From Lama guanicoe (taxonomy: Eukaryota), in NCBI GenBank assembly GCA_013239625.1, contig MU054662.1:8979798-9043797 (forward strand): a stretch of DNA of 64,000 nt. Reading direction: 5' to 3'. Shown piece after piece: positions 1 through 11,604 of the stretch (the stretch's first letter is position 1; the number at the start of each line of letters is the position of its first letter). The notes below the pieces were generated by a model. The model was not told the origin of the DNA. It ran no database searches and saw only the letters and a program-made list of their open reading frames with translations. Made by a program: the position numbers and the translations under genes.

Positions 1-9
1 ATGCTCCTT

Positions 10-172
10 TAATTAACCACCCTGGTAGTCTCTGTTTTGTTAATACCCCTTTTCAAACCGACATCTAGAACTGAATGCAAAATCCCAGATGTGGCCCGAC
101 CGAGCAAGGCCCAGGGATACGTCATGTCCCTGTAACCTTTGAACATCATTTTGCAATTAATGTAGTCTAAGT
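10..172 (-). mobile_element. CR1/L3 LINE ORF2 (post-RT) remnant
   Basis: Minus strand reads gtc ggg cca cat ctg gga ttt tgc att cag ttc tag = VGPHLGFCIQF*, matching the CR1 motif VRPHLEYCVQFW; after a frameshift, LKRGINKTETTRVV resembles FKKDIDKLERVQRRATRMV. Confidence 0.7.
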
Positions 173-1189
173 TTATACTCACTTTCCCCCCACCCCAAGT
201 CCCAGGGTTGCCAACCATTAGGGTTTTTAGCTGGTCCTAAGTCCCCAGGTCTTCCAGAAATGAGCCACCTTGGGTAAGCCCTTTTTTGTTGCCTTCCTGT
301 GTGGCTGAGGGCTGAAGCCCGGTTTCCCTTCCCCTTGCAAGCTCTGTGTCCGATGGCCACACTTGGCTTTGCTGTAGCACTGAGCCAACGCTCCAGAGGA
401 AAGAGAACATGGTCTCTGGCAACTAGGGGGCTGGATGGAGGTGAAACAGCCTGTGAAGGTCGCTGCCACTGCTTGGTGAGTGATCTGTCCCCATTTCAGC
501 CTCAGTGGGAAAGTGATGGAGGGTGTAATTAGGGTCTGGGCTATGCTCGGGGGGCGGGGGGGGTGGCTGTCCCCGGCTCAAGGAGGCTGGGGACACAGAC
601 AGTAGTCTCTGACCTCCCGAGTTGGGGAGGAGTGTGTCTGCTTGTCCAGGGGGAAGAGGAATAGCATCGGGGATTTTGGACCCGGTAACTGCAGATCCCT
701 GATCATCTCTGGGAGTGTGCATGTGGAGTGGGGGATGGGAGTGAGAATGGAGATGGAGTGAGGCAGGAAATATCACCAAAAAATTTGGAAGCGAGCGAAA
801 CTTTCTCTTGCCCTCTCATCTGCCCACCTCGTCCCCTCACCACACATCCAGGAGAGCCAGGATCCCAGGCTTCTCAAGAGCCCTCTTGCTGGGCACCCCA
901 CCGGGGCTCTTCCTCCCCTACTGTCTCTGTGCCTTCTTGCATCACAATTTGCTTGTCCTGTGTGTCTCATTTCACCCCATTCCCTAATATGGCATTAAGG
1001 TGTTCAAGTTTTAACAACTGGCTCGATGCTTGTAACCAGCCATAACCCAAGGGTATAAATACTTTAACAAGAGAATTTCTTAACCTCCAGGCATAAATCC
1101 CAGGGAGAAGTCCCTATGTTCTGGCAGGGAGGGAGTCTGAGTAGGGGGAGCCCCAGCTGGTTACTCCGCCCGGGGCACTGACGTTGCTC

Positions 1190-1310
1190 CTCTTGACAAT
1201 GCTTGGGGTTGACAGGGTGGAGATTTTCCTTATGATGAGGAAAGGGGAGCTCAGAGAGGTTCTGTGTCCTGCCCAAGGTCACACAGTTTACCGTTCCTGG
1301 ATCCTAAGCA
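1190..1310 (-). mobile_element. MIR SINE fragment
   Basis: gatgaggaaaggggagctcagagaggttctgtgtcctgcccaaggtcacacag is the reverse complement of the MIR core. Confidence 0.65.
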
Positions 1311-1539
1311 GCTCTAGCCCTTTGCAGGACCAAGAGTCCCCACCCGCCTTCCATCCCCTCAGGGTACCTCTTAGGGTGCCGGCAGATTTAGGGGCCCGCA
1401 ATGCTAGGGCTTGGGGGTTCTCGCCTTGGATTCTCCAGAGATGAGTCCCTGAGATGGCTAAGGGTTAGTCTGCAGCCTCCGGTGGGCCATGAAATAAAAT
1501 TCCAGAACTGTGGTCAGTCCCCATGGATAGGGACTTAGT

Positions 1540-1725
1540 GAACTGAGCACCTATAATGTCTCAGGCCCGGTTCCAGGTATTTTCCCAACAGCTACTGTTT
1601 GAATCCTTTTAAAGAGCCCAGTGAAGTAGGCATCCTGGCTTCCTTTACATGGATGAGAAGACTGAGGCCGCGCAAAGTCTGAAGTCGCACAGCTGAGACA
1701 TGGGGGGGGGCCAAGATTTGACAAT
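1540..1725 (-). mobile_element. MIR SINE fragment
   Basis: ctgagcacctataatgtctcaggc ... tttacatggatgagaagactgaggc ... aagtcgcacagctgag follows the reverse MIR layout. Confidence 0.55.
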
Positions 1726-4477
1726 TTCAGCTGACCCCAAAGTTCCTGCTCTTTCTCCTGCACTGTGTGGCCTCCCAAGGAAGATCGGGGTCTAGAGGAG
1801 GCGGCTTCCTGGAGGAGTCTGGTCCGCTGGGAAGACAGAACACATCAGGATGGAAAGGACCATGGCAAAGAAAACACGGCACCTCAGGTGAGCCTACTGC
1901 GCGGCAGGCAATGTGCCTGGGGCCGGAAGTAAGCAGCGCTTCGGCTTGGGCTGGGGCCAAGTGAACCAGGGTAGTGGGCCCAGCAAGTCCATTTGGGAAA
2001 GCCTTGGGGAGGAAGTGAGTTTGGAACCAGTCCAAGGTTGGGCTGTGTGTGCTCTGGGGAATGGATGCCGGGGTAGGGAGCTGGGTGTGGCCACAGAGGC
2101 AAGGGGCTGGAGGAACGAGAAACGGGCTGTTGCCCAGAGCAGAGGGCCTGGCAGGCCTTCGGGGTGGAGGCCTGGGAACTGGCTGGGCCAGGCCGGGCTG
2201 GAGGCGCTGAAGGGGAAGAGCACGCGGTCCAGCCACGTTAGGATGCTCGCACAAAGGGCTTCTTGGCCAGAAGCCCGTGCAGCTCACCCCTTCCGCAGAA
2301 AATGGCTCTCCAGTAGGAAAAGCACCAGGGCTTTGGAGAGGTGAGTGTGGTGGGCTTGGCTTTTCAAGGAGCCGAGATGCTGTTTCCTGCAAGTCACCCT
2401 TGTACAGATGCGGACCATGGACCCGGTGGCTCTTCAGAGCAGTTTCCCGACAGTGAGCCCAGTAAGTGATTGACCCCCCGTCACTGCTCACACGTTCAGC
2501 CAGTGTTAACTGGTGACTTGAAAATTACCTTTGTTTACCACCGTTACCGGGAGGCTTCAGGGGCACCAGCATCTCCACTCTGCCAGCTGTCTCTGGCCGT
2601 GGTAGCAGGCAGCGTGCTGCACAGTCCCCAGCCCCAGTCCCGCCCTGCTCGTGTGGGCACCAGGGCAGGGTGCTAAGTGGACTCTCCGGGGTCAGGGTGG
2701 GCAGGGGAACACCCGCTGGTCCCTGCTCCCTGCTGTCCAGTCAGCCAACCTACGTGCCTGCAGGTCGTTTCTCCACGGCCTCACTGCTCCATGTGTAAGA
2801 CAGTCTAGAACAGCGTCCTCACTGGGGTCTGCGTGTGCACAGGGAGGGTGATTTGCGGGACTTGTGCAATTTCTTAATTTTGAGGGAAAGTGCATGGAAG
2901 CTTTAGGGAGGGAGAACATTCATAGTCCTCACAGCTTTTGGCAGATTCTCTAAAGGATCTGTGACACCCCCGCCTGGCCCCAGCAAGAGTCTTAGATGGT
3001 TCTTAGATCACCCCTCCAGGAAGCTGTGCAGTTTGACCCACTGTATTGTTGTCATCATTGCCACGGTACTCAGGGCATCAGGAGATGTGGTCTGACTGTT
3101 CTCTGGAGGAAAAGGCCAGGTCCTTACTTTGTCAACTGCGTCCCGTGGATAGGCGGGTGTTTGCTGACTGACTAACAAATCACAGGGCGAGATGGAGGAG
3201 ACACTGCATTTGCAGTACCTCCTGCATTTCCTTTCCATGTTAATGGGGAAAAGACCTCATACTGCTTTTCTCCCTTCCCTCGGCCGTGTCTTGGCACAGT
3301 GGACGTCCCTTCCGTTCCCAAGACCCCATCCCCGCGCTGGGCACAGTGCTGAGTAGTGCAGGTCTGCAGTAGGGCGCGGGACAAACTTACCTGGGGGCGG
3401 AGGAAGGCAGGGAGCGGCCGGGAGGGGTGGGGGACTTGGCATATTCTAAGGAGGGAGATGCAGGGCAGGGCTCAGTTCTGCAGGGTCAGGGGTTGGGGGA
3501 AGTGAGTCCTTTCTTTCCAGGCAGCGTGACTGTCCACTGCTGGAAGGTCTGGGCCAGTTGGTTGACCTCTCTGAGCCTCAGAGGCCTCACGAGTGGGACT
3601 TTAAAGGGTACAAAGGAGGCAGCAGCAGAAACTCTGTAAGGTCCCTGCCCAGCTCTGAGCTTCTCTGATTTGCGACGCACACTCCTGGCCAGTTCCCTTT
3701 CTCTGTCTAGCCACGGGTCCTCACTGAAAGACAGAGACACTCAATAGAACATAGGAATAACAATCACTGTCCTAGAGATCATACAAAATTCTGAAGTCAC
3801 AGAGAAGGAGCTTGTATTTAGGGTCTGCATGGTGTTTTCTGCAAGCTTTACGCGTGCAGCTCTCAGCCCTCTGCTCCATCGGGGCGGGAGTCTGGGGGAA
3901 ACGGCATTTCCTGGCAAAAGCCACTTTGCAGCTGCGCTGGGACCCTGGGCCCCGTGGGGCCTTCCTGCTTGTTGTGCATTTGGCACCACTCCCTAAGCAG
4001 GCCTGCACATGGATGCAGGGTCCTCTTGGCTACTCGGGGCATTGTTTCCTGGCAGCTGTGGGGATGGTGACAAGGTCTGTGGGTGGCTGGCCCAACTGGA
4101 GAGCCCTCAAGGGCCGCTTCACTGACCTCTTCTCTTTCCAGGGCTCTTAACACACTTGAGCAGGGGTGGAAGGGCCTGACAGGGGTGGAAGCCCACTCTG
4201 GGCAGACAAAGGAGCCTGACTCAGCTCACTCTTTAGCCAGGCTCTGGAGCCCGGGAGGCGGAGGGCAGGGCAGGAGGCAGAGGAGAGTCCCCGGGCAGAA
4301 CTGAGTCCTGCCGTGCCCAGTGGGAGAAGACCAGGATGGGAATCAGCAGGAGGCAATACCCCGAGAGGGAGGCCTTGGGTAGCACCGTTCAGTGGATGAC
4401 TTGAGTCCTGGCTATTTCTCCCTTGTCAGGGTCTTCCTATTGAAACACTTGACCTTGGATTTGAGCCTCGTAATTTA

Positions 4478-4645
4478 CCAAGTGTTTACATAAATCATCT
4501 CATTTTATTTCCACCACAAACCTTATGGGTGTATGTTGTGAGTGCCTTTTATGGATGCTGCTGCTGTGACTCAGAGAAATTAAGTGCTTTGCCCAAGGTC
4601 ACACAGCCAGTAAGTGGCAGAGACAGGACTAGAATGAGATTTCCT
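4478..4645 (-). mobile_element. MIR SINE fragment
   Basis: ctcagagaaattaagtgctttgcccaaggtcacacagccagtaagtggcagag is the MIR core in reverse. Confidence 0.75.
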
Positions 4646-5154
4646 TTTCCAACGACCTCGTAGACCACCCACTCTCCAGTCCCTTCAGCCAGGCCACACT
4701 GCCTCCTTGAGAGTGACAGGGGAATGACAAGAAACGACGAAGCCTTAGGTGACCAGCAGTGACAGAAGTGGGCCAGGAGCTCCTCGCCAGAAGCTTCCCC
4801 AGCTCTACAGCTATGGGCTCTGCCTGCTTTTCCAAAGCTTCCTGTGGTGTGCACGTGATCATAAAGAATTGTAATAAACTATGATTTCAGAGCCAGAGGC
4901 ACAGGCTGGCAAAGGGCTTCCTCCTTTAGGAGCAGGGGATGCAGCACAGGTCTCCAGGGAAAAACTCCCGGGGTGAACCCCTCTGCCCTAGGCGCTGGTG
5001 GGCCGCAGGGAAAGCCATATGAACTGAAGTTGGGGATCCCGCCTCACGGCGGAGCTGTCTTCTCCAGAGGTTGTTCACCAATTTCAAGGGTCACCATCCA
5101 GAAAGTACCAGAAACTGACGTTAGCATCTATGCCCATAAAGGAGTGTAGCAAGA

Positions 5155-5240
5155 ATGCTTTGTTCACGGCCTTGTGCTCAGATTTAAGGAGTGCCTGGCA
5201 TATGGTAGATGCTCAGCAAACTCTTGAATGAATGAATGAA
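5155..5240 (+). mobile_element. L2 LINE 3' end
   Basis: gtgcctggcatatggtagatgctcagcaaactcttgaatgaatgaatgaa: L2 3' terminus with (TGAA)n tail. Confidence 0.7.
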
Positions 5241-5284
5241 GTACAAGGAAACCGAGAAGATCATCACCTGCCGAGTATTAGTCA

Positions 5285-5400
5285 CTCTATTTCACAGAGG
5301 TGGCACTTGAGGCCCAGAGAGGTTAAGTAACATGTCCAAGGTTGCACAGCCACTTAGTGGTGGGAGAAGTACCAGAATCGAGATCTCCTTTCACTACACG
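5285..5400 (-). mobile_element. MIR SINE fragment
   Basis: tgaggcccagagaggttaagtaacatgtccaaggttgcacagc is the MIR core in reverse. Confidence 0.7.
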
Positions 5401-7172
5401 CTCTTCCTTCTGAAGAGGGGAAGGTAGGAATGTGAGAACCTCAGCTCCAGCGTCAAGCAGCTGGTTTGGCCTCTGACAAGTTCTTTCCATGTTTCCTAGC
5501 TGCACTGAGTCTATAGTTACTGGGTGTGGCAAAGAAGAAATGGTTTCCATCTGGAAAGGAACGCGCCTCTCGTCTCCCAGGAGGCACACCAGCAGAGAGA
5601 AGATGCTTCTGTCCAGGGCCCTCCACGGTCTCCGAGGAGCACACAGCCCTTCACAGCCTCCCTGGGCACCGTAAACCCTGCTTTCCTCTCTAGAGAAGCG
5701 AGGATAAAAGCCACCTCTAATAAAGGAAAAAAAGCAGAAGCTGCCCCCCTGACCTGGTCTTCCTGATGAGTTTGATGGCTGCTAAAGATGGGTCCTGGGA
5801 GCAAGAGACAGAGCCCACACTGCAGTTTCTGGGCCCCAAGGGACATGTGTCCACACAGCCATCTGTCAGTCACTAGACTCTTTAAAGCAGGAAGGTATGG
5901 CTTCTAGTCCCCCCTCCACTGAGTTACTAACAGGAAAGCTAGGACACAGTCCTTGCTCTGGACTAGCCATCACCAGACACCAGTGTGGCCCCTAAGCTCC
6001 TCCTTTGAGGGCCTTTCCCTGCACAGATGCTTCCGTCTCGCACGGGCTCCTCCCTCCCGCCTCAGCCCCTTGGCTCTTGGTGGCCAGGCCCCTCTCTCGC
6101 CAGGAGCAGCATTGCTGGTCCTGGGGCCTCGGCCAGAGTCTGCCTGTCGCTCTGCAGCCCCACAGTGCGGGGACACCAAAGGGCAGTGCCAGCAGCCCGC
6201 TGCACGCTGACAAGGCTGAGTTCACTCCAGCACCCCAGAGTCGACAGGATCGTCTGAATTAAGTGGCCAAGTTTAGTTTTTAATTAAGCCCCCGTGGTCT
6301 TTTAAAAAGGTCATGGATGACACCATCTTCTTTAAGGCCAATATGAAAAGACACTCAAAGTCAAAGTTCTGAGATGGGAGCCTTGTAACTTGAAATGTCA
6401 CAGGAAGAAATTTGGAAACGGGGGAAGAGGAAGCTGGTGGGAAGAATGACCCTGTCACATTGCTCTGCTGTCAGCGTCACCGTTTCCAGTGGGAGTGCCA
6501 AACAATTTTGGTCTCAAAGGGCAAGTGGCCCCACTCTGCTCTCTCAAGTACCTTCCTTCCCCCACGGCTGGTTATGGGGCTCTTTGTTTGCTGCACCAGT
6601 GAAAAATGGGACCCTTGTCTTCCCAGACATGGAATAAAAGTTTGTATCAATGGGGCAGAATGTGGCAACTTGCCCTGATTGCTGGGGAATTAAAAAATAC
6701 ATGCAACTGACTGCCAACCTTCTGCTCCGATTTCTGCAGAACTTGACCAATACTATAGCGTCTGGAAATACAGTTCTGTCTGGAGTGGAATATAACAGCC
6801 ACTTCATCCTCCTACGACATCTCACAATAGGCCTACAATGGAAGCAAAGACCCGTGCTCTGTTCTGCACAGCTCTTGGAGAGATGAGTTCATTTGAGCAG
6901 AGTAGAATGGAGTGGAGATGTGGGCTGGCCCATAGCTAATGGGGCCAGGATTTACTGGGCACAGTAGTATTTTCCTGGGGCCTTTGGCTCAGCACCAATG
7001 CTTGGGCATCAGGACACTCTGGATACTGGATAGCTCAGTGTAGCCACTGACTTTGTGTTAGCATTAGGGGATATGGTATTGGCCGGTAGTCTGGGCCATT
7101 CTGTCCATGGTCACCCTAGGTAGTGTAGGTAGTAGACAGAACTTTGGATTTAGATTCAGGAAATTTGGGTCT

Positions 7173-7198
7173 TATGGCAAAAAGTACTATTCACTTAC

Positions 7199-7234
<36 letters not shown>

Positions 7235-7588
7235 ACTGCAACTAAGCTAAAAAAAGTATGAATTTCCTAGTCCCCTCTTGAATAGCTAGAGGTGGCTAAT
7301 GAGATAAAATCATAAACAATTCTTTAAAGATGGCTGATTGTCCTGAGAGGGTGTTTTGCTTTTTTGCTCTTCTTCTTCTTCCTACCTGAAATGTAAAGCT
7401 GATGGCTTGAGCTTCAGCAGCCATTTTATGACCCTGAGGAATAAACGAAGTATGAAAGCCATTGCTAAGGATGGGCTGCCTACGTTCTTCTGGACTTCAT
7501 GCTATATGAGAGAAAAGTTAACTCCTAGCTTGTTTATGCCACTGGTGCTTTGGATCTCTGCTACTAACTAGTGGATGCCAATGGTACA
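7173..7588 (+). mobile_element. MaLR solo LTR (MLT1J/K-like)
   Basis: gcagccattttatgaccctgagg and ctgcctac...tctggacttcatgctatatgagagaaaagttaactcctagcttgtttatgccactg match the MLT1 3' block; ends in ...ggtaca. Confidence 0.65.
7202..7232. repeat. (AT)15 microsatellite inside the MLT1 LTR
   Basis: Direct read of the atatat run. Confidence 0.95.
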
Positions 7589-8929
7589 GAATGAGTGCCT
7601 GCTCTATCATTTATTCCCAAGACTTTGGGTAAGTTATTAAATGTCTTTTTGCTTCAGTTTCTGCACCTCTACCATGGGAATAGTAATTCTTGTTTTTGCC
7701 TTGTAAACGTTATCTCTGCCTTCTGGGGCCTACTCATAAGCTTCTGAGAATGCCACCCCCCTCTGAAATCTGAAGATCATGCATTTTTTGGTATCTGAGT
7801 GATGGCGGCCTCCCTCCCATTGTTGGGGTGGATTGTTCCTGGGCTAAGGCATGTGCCTGCCTTCCAACTTCAATAGCTTCCTAGGGGTTGTTATCAAGTC
7901 CCCTCACAGGCTCCCATTTTCTAGAGACACAATAGCCTTTCCTGGCTCGTGCAGGCCTCGCCCCTCCTTGCTGGGTGCAGAAAAGTCTGCTGTTTCAAGC
8001 TGCTGAAAAGGAAGCTTCAAAGAGCCCCATGTTGGCCCCTCTCAGGCTCTGACTCATAGAAACATTTCTAGAAATCCTCAAAAGCCTTATTAATCTGTGA
8101 AGACGTCCCAGAAGCGGGAGCCTGCGCACCCTATTTCCAGGGCTTTTCAGCGCGTCCATTGTCTCAGCCGCATTGTTCCTGCTCCGCATCTTGGCCCCTA
8201 ATGGCACTTTCTGAGGCAGGCGCTTTCCTCCACACCTGTGATTTCATCCCTGAATCTTCTCTGTTGCCTTTAACGCTTAGTGAAAAGGTAGCGGCTCTTC
8301 TTGGACTGCTTATTCCTCTCACCACCCCCATGTGGCTCTCTGCTTCACCCCTTTCTCTCCTGGCATCCAGCTGGATCTGGGTCAGGCATGTAGGGGCCTG
8401 CCTAGAAATGGGAGGCCCATTTTTTTTTTTCAAATGAAAACCTCTTTTTTTCCTTTGAGTGAAAACCTATAGGGGAGGTCTGCTGTGCCTAGAGAAGATT
8501 CCTGGGACCACCACTGGCCTCTGCAGGGAACCTGCTCACACTGCTCAGCAGATAAGCGCTGGGCCGGCTTCTCCAGGACTGTCCCCTGGCTCTGGTCCAT
8601 CCTCTGACTACCCTTCCGGTGCGACCTTCTCTGTGGTGGAACAGGCCCTGGGAGAGAACCAGAAGACCCGGGCCCTGCTCCTGACCTCAACCTCTGACCG
8701 GCCTTCCACTGTTTCAGTCTACATTCAGGGGTTTGACTTGGTAGCTCAGGGCCTGTGTGACCAAGGCAGCTTCCCAGTGGTCCCCAAATCCATGTGTACT
8801 CCCCTCCACTCGAGTCTGGGCCGGACCTGGTGGTTGTTTCTAGTGAAGACAATACGGCCAGCGTGATGTGGGGCACATCTGTAATTCAGCCATCCGAGGC
8901 GGTGACTTCTGGGTTCTGCCTGGTTGGCA

Positions 8930-9254
8930 CACACACTCTTTGACTTGTCCTCTGGGCTACTTGCTTTGCAGAAGAAAGACGCCTTGTTGGAGAGGCCATG
9001 GGACAAGAACTGAGCGTGGCCTTTGGCTAACATCCGGTGGGGAACTGAGGCCCTCAGTCCAACAGCCAACAGCCACGGGCGGGAGTACGGAACCAGATCC
9101 TCCCCCAGGTGAGCCTTGTGGTGCCTACAGCCCTGGCCAATACCTTGACTGCAGCCCTGGGACTGCTGGGAGCTGAGAGATTTGGAGATAATAAATCTGT
9201 GTTAAGCTGCTAATTTGGGGGTACTTTGTTCCACAGCAGTAGGTAACAAATACA
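8930..9254 (+). mobile_element. MaLR solo LTR (MLT1E/F-like), 3' part
   Basis: ggaactgaggccctcagtccaacagcc; cagccctggccaataccttgactgcagcc; gagataataaatctgtgttaagctgctaatttggggg...cagcagtaggtaacaaataca. Confidence 0.75.
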
Positions 9255-9354
9255 GGTCCTTATCAGCTTTTTTGAAAAAGTGTTTATTTTGCTCTTCCAT
9301 ATTTAGACTCAAGGACTGAAACCTTTCACATCCACTTTAGCGGTACACTCATGT

Positions 9355-9381
<27 letters not shown>
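9355..9381. repeat. (AC)13 microsatellite
   Basis: Direct read. Confidence 0.95.
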
Positions 9382-9385
<4 letters not shown>

Positions 9386-9604
9386 TGTGCTCTAATCTGC
9401 GGGCTGCTCAAGTCACTTCACCCCTATCCTAAAAATGCATGATCAGAATAAATGAAGGAAAGACATAGCTGAGGTAAAGCTCATGGAGGAGTTTCTGTTA
9501 GTAACCTAAGTAAAATCTGAATTTCTTCCAGAATCCAAAGTGACAGAGGGAGTTGGGCCAAGGAGGCCCTGGGGGTCTGTGTGCACCTCTGATAATTCAT
9601 TTCC

Positions 9605-9780
9605 ATGGCTCATCTTTCAAAGCCTGACTCAAACTTTCTTCCTCTGAAAAAAAATTACCCAATTGCTCCAGTGAGAGCTCCTGTCCCCTGTCTGAGTCCC
9701 GGACACAACAGTGTGTCTCTGTATCACAGCACACAGCCCAGTGTGTTTTATTATTTATGTGTTCCCTCCTCACCTTCTCA
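9605..9780 (+). mobile_element. L2 fragment
   Basis: ctcatctttcaaagcctgactcaaactttcttcctctg ... ctctgtatcacagcac ... ttattatttatgtg resembles the L2 3' region. Confidence 0.45.
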
Positions 9781-10216
9781 CCCCTTCCCGATCCCCCTCC
9801 CAGGGAAGCTCAGAGCTCAGTGACATCCACAGGAAATCAGCCACGATTTCACAGCCTTAGAAGCAAAATGTAAAAACCCTTGCCCCGCTCTCCCCCGGCC
9901 CCCGCCACGTTCCAGGAAGCCAAAGCCCCGAGCAATTTCTCCAATCTAGGAAGCAATAAACAAATGTATTTATGAACCAGTCTCTATCTAAGGGAGGGAA
10001 TTTATGTCTCTTCATGTTCTTGGTGACAGTAATAACGGATTGCTGCATCAACGTGATGCAATATAATTTAAAAACCCTCCCAAACAAGAGTCAGGAAACG
10101 ACCGGCCGAGACTGAGACGTGGGTGCCCTCCGTTCCGCGGCTGAGCCCGGGGCCTGCTAATGCCCTCGGGCGACGGGAACACAGCTCCGGGAGCACCTGC
10201 AGTCTCATCTTGTTTC

Positions 10217-10396
10217 NNNNNNNNNNNNNNNNNNNNNNNNNNNNNNNNNNNNNNNNNNNNNNNNNNNNNNNNNNNNNNNNNNNNNNNNNNNNNNNNNNNN
10301 NNNNNNNNNNNNNNNNNNNNNNNNNNNNNNNNNNNNNNNNNNNNNNNNNNNNNNNNNNNNNNNNNNNNNNNNNNNNNNNNNNNNNNNNNNNNNNNN
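10217..10396. other. Assembly gap (180 N)
   Basis: Run of N within CpG-rich DNA. Confidence 1.
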
Positions 10397-11414
10397 TTCA
10401 CCACTCGGCCAGGCCTCCCCCAAACGCCTACGAGAGACAGTCTGGGAGGCTGGGCCTGCCAGTTCCCTGCTCTGTCGCCCCGTCCATCCTACTCCGTCCT
10501 CCTGCAATGCCATGGAGCCTCCCCCAGAAATTCCTAGACACCAGTTTGGAATCTCCTGCTCACCCCAAACCACAGCCCTGCTGCCATGCGTGTTTTTGGA
10601 GTTCTGTTCCGCTGTGCCCACGTGCTCCCCCACTGTGACCCACCTTCCAAAGCCGCCCACGCAAGCTGCAGATGTGAGGCGGTAGGATCCAGAGGAAAGA
10701 GACGGGGGAGTGAGGCATAACCAGCAGCGCGACAGTCTCCTTCCTCTGTCCCACCCTGGTACCCAGGAGGTGCCCCATAAAGGCCAGATCCTCCCCTCCC
10801 AGCTCCGTCCTTCCTTCCTCAGCACCTGGCCCTCCTTCAGGACTCTGTGTTAAAAGCAGACATCTCAGCCTGAGAGCTGTGCACACAGGACAGCACGCAT
10901 TTCAGGAGACCAGGGATCCTGTGAGCGTCTGAGATGAAACAAGGTCACCCGAGGCTGCCTCTTTGATTCTCCTGGCAAAGTCACAGAAGCAACCGGCGGG
11001 GCCCGGCGAGGCCCGGTGGGGCAGCAGCCTTTCCCGGTGTGCGATCAACACCACGCGGGAGCTAACTGAATGGCTGAGTTTGTTTACGGAGATGGGGAAT
11101 GGCTCACCTCCCTCCTCTCAAAACAAAGTCTTTCCCCAGGAGTGGTGGCAAAGAGGTCAGCCCCGGCGGCCTTTCTGTTTGCCGTTTGATGAATGCTGGA
11201 GCCGCCGCTCTGAAGCAAGGCGCGCATTGTGTGTGCGCCGTCAGGGGTGGCTCCGGCTGGGAGACCCGAGCCCTCTGAGCTCTCCAGGTCTGGGGGTCAC
11301 GGAGCGTGTGGTGTGTGGGGTTACTGGGGAGGAGGCAGGTCTTCCAACCCCGCTCCCTGAGGCCTGGCCCTGGGGACCTTTGCACTGTCTACTTGGGCCA
11401 GAGATGCTACAGTA

Positions 11415-11604
11415 ACAGCAACTTGCCTTTGTCAGCGCCTCACGGATGGCCCAGCACATCTGCGTACGTTATTTCTTCTGATCCTCACAGCCATCCTGCG
11501 AGACCCTCCTCATCTGGGGATGCGGACAGGCTCAGAGAGGTTAAGCACTTTGTCTGAAGTCATACAGTTAGTAAGTGACAGAATTCGAGCCCGTATCCAG
11601 GTGC
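11415..11604 (-). mobile_element. MIR SINE, interrupted by an L1 fragment and continuing at 11847-11875
   Basis: atcctcacagccatcctgcgag...aggctcagagaggttaagcactttgtctgaagtcatacagttagtaagtgacaga. Confidence 0.7.

Larger units (their letters stand above)
7120..7695 (+). mobile_element. MIR split in two (7120-7172 and 7589-7695) by an MLT1 LTR
   Basis: 5' head gaactttggatttagattcaggaaatttgggtct resumes after the LTR as gaatgagtgcctgctctatcattta...gactttgggtaagttattaaat...cttcagtttctgcacct. Confidence 0.55.

Noticed and set aside
1727-2491. Longest ORF in the track (254 aa, minus strand)
   Set aside because: Pro/Ser/Ala-rich with no recognisable domain, non-ATG start and overlapping ORFs in other frames; typical chance ORF in GC-rich DNA.
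6700-7120. Possible ancient LTR relic and ORF 6650-6886
   Set aside because: Faint resemblance to old LTR sequence, but I could not fix a family or ends; the ORF is not recognisable.
10048-10825. ORFs spanning the first N gap (likewise those at 45521-45741)
   Set aside because: Length is inflated by X residues from the gap.
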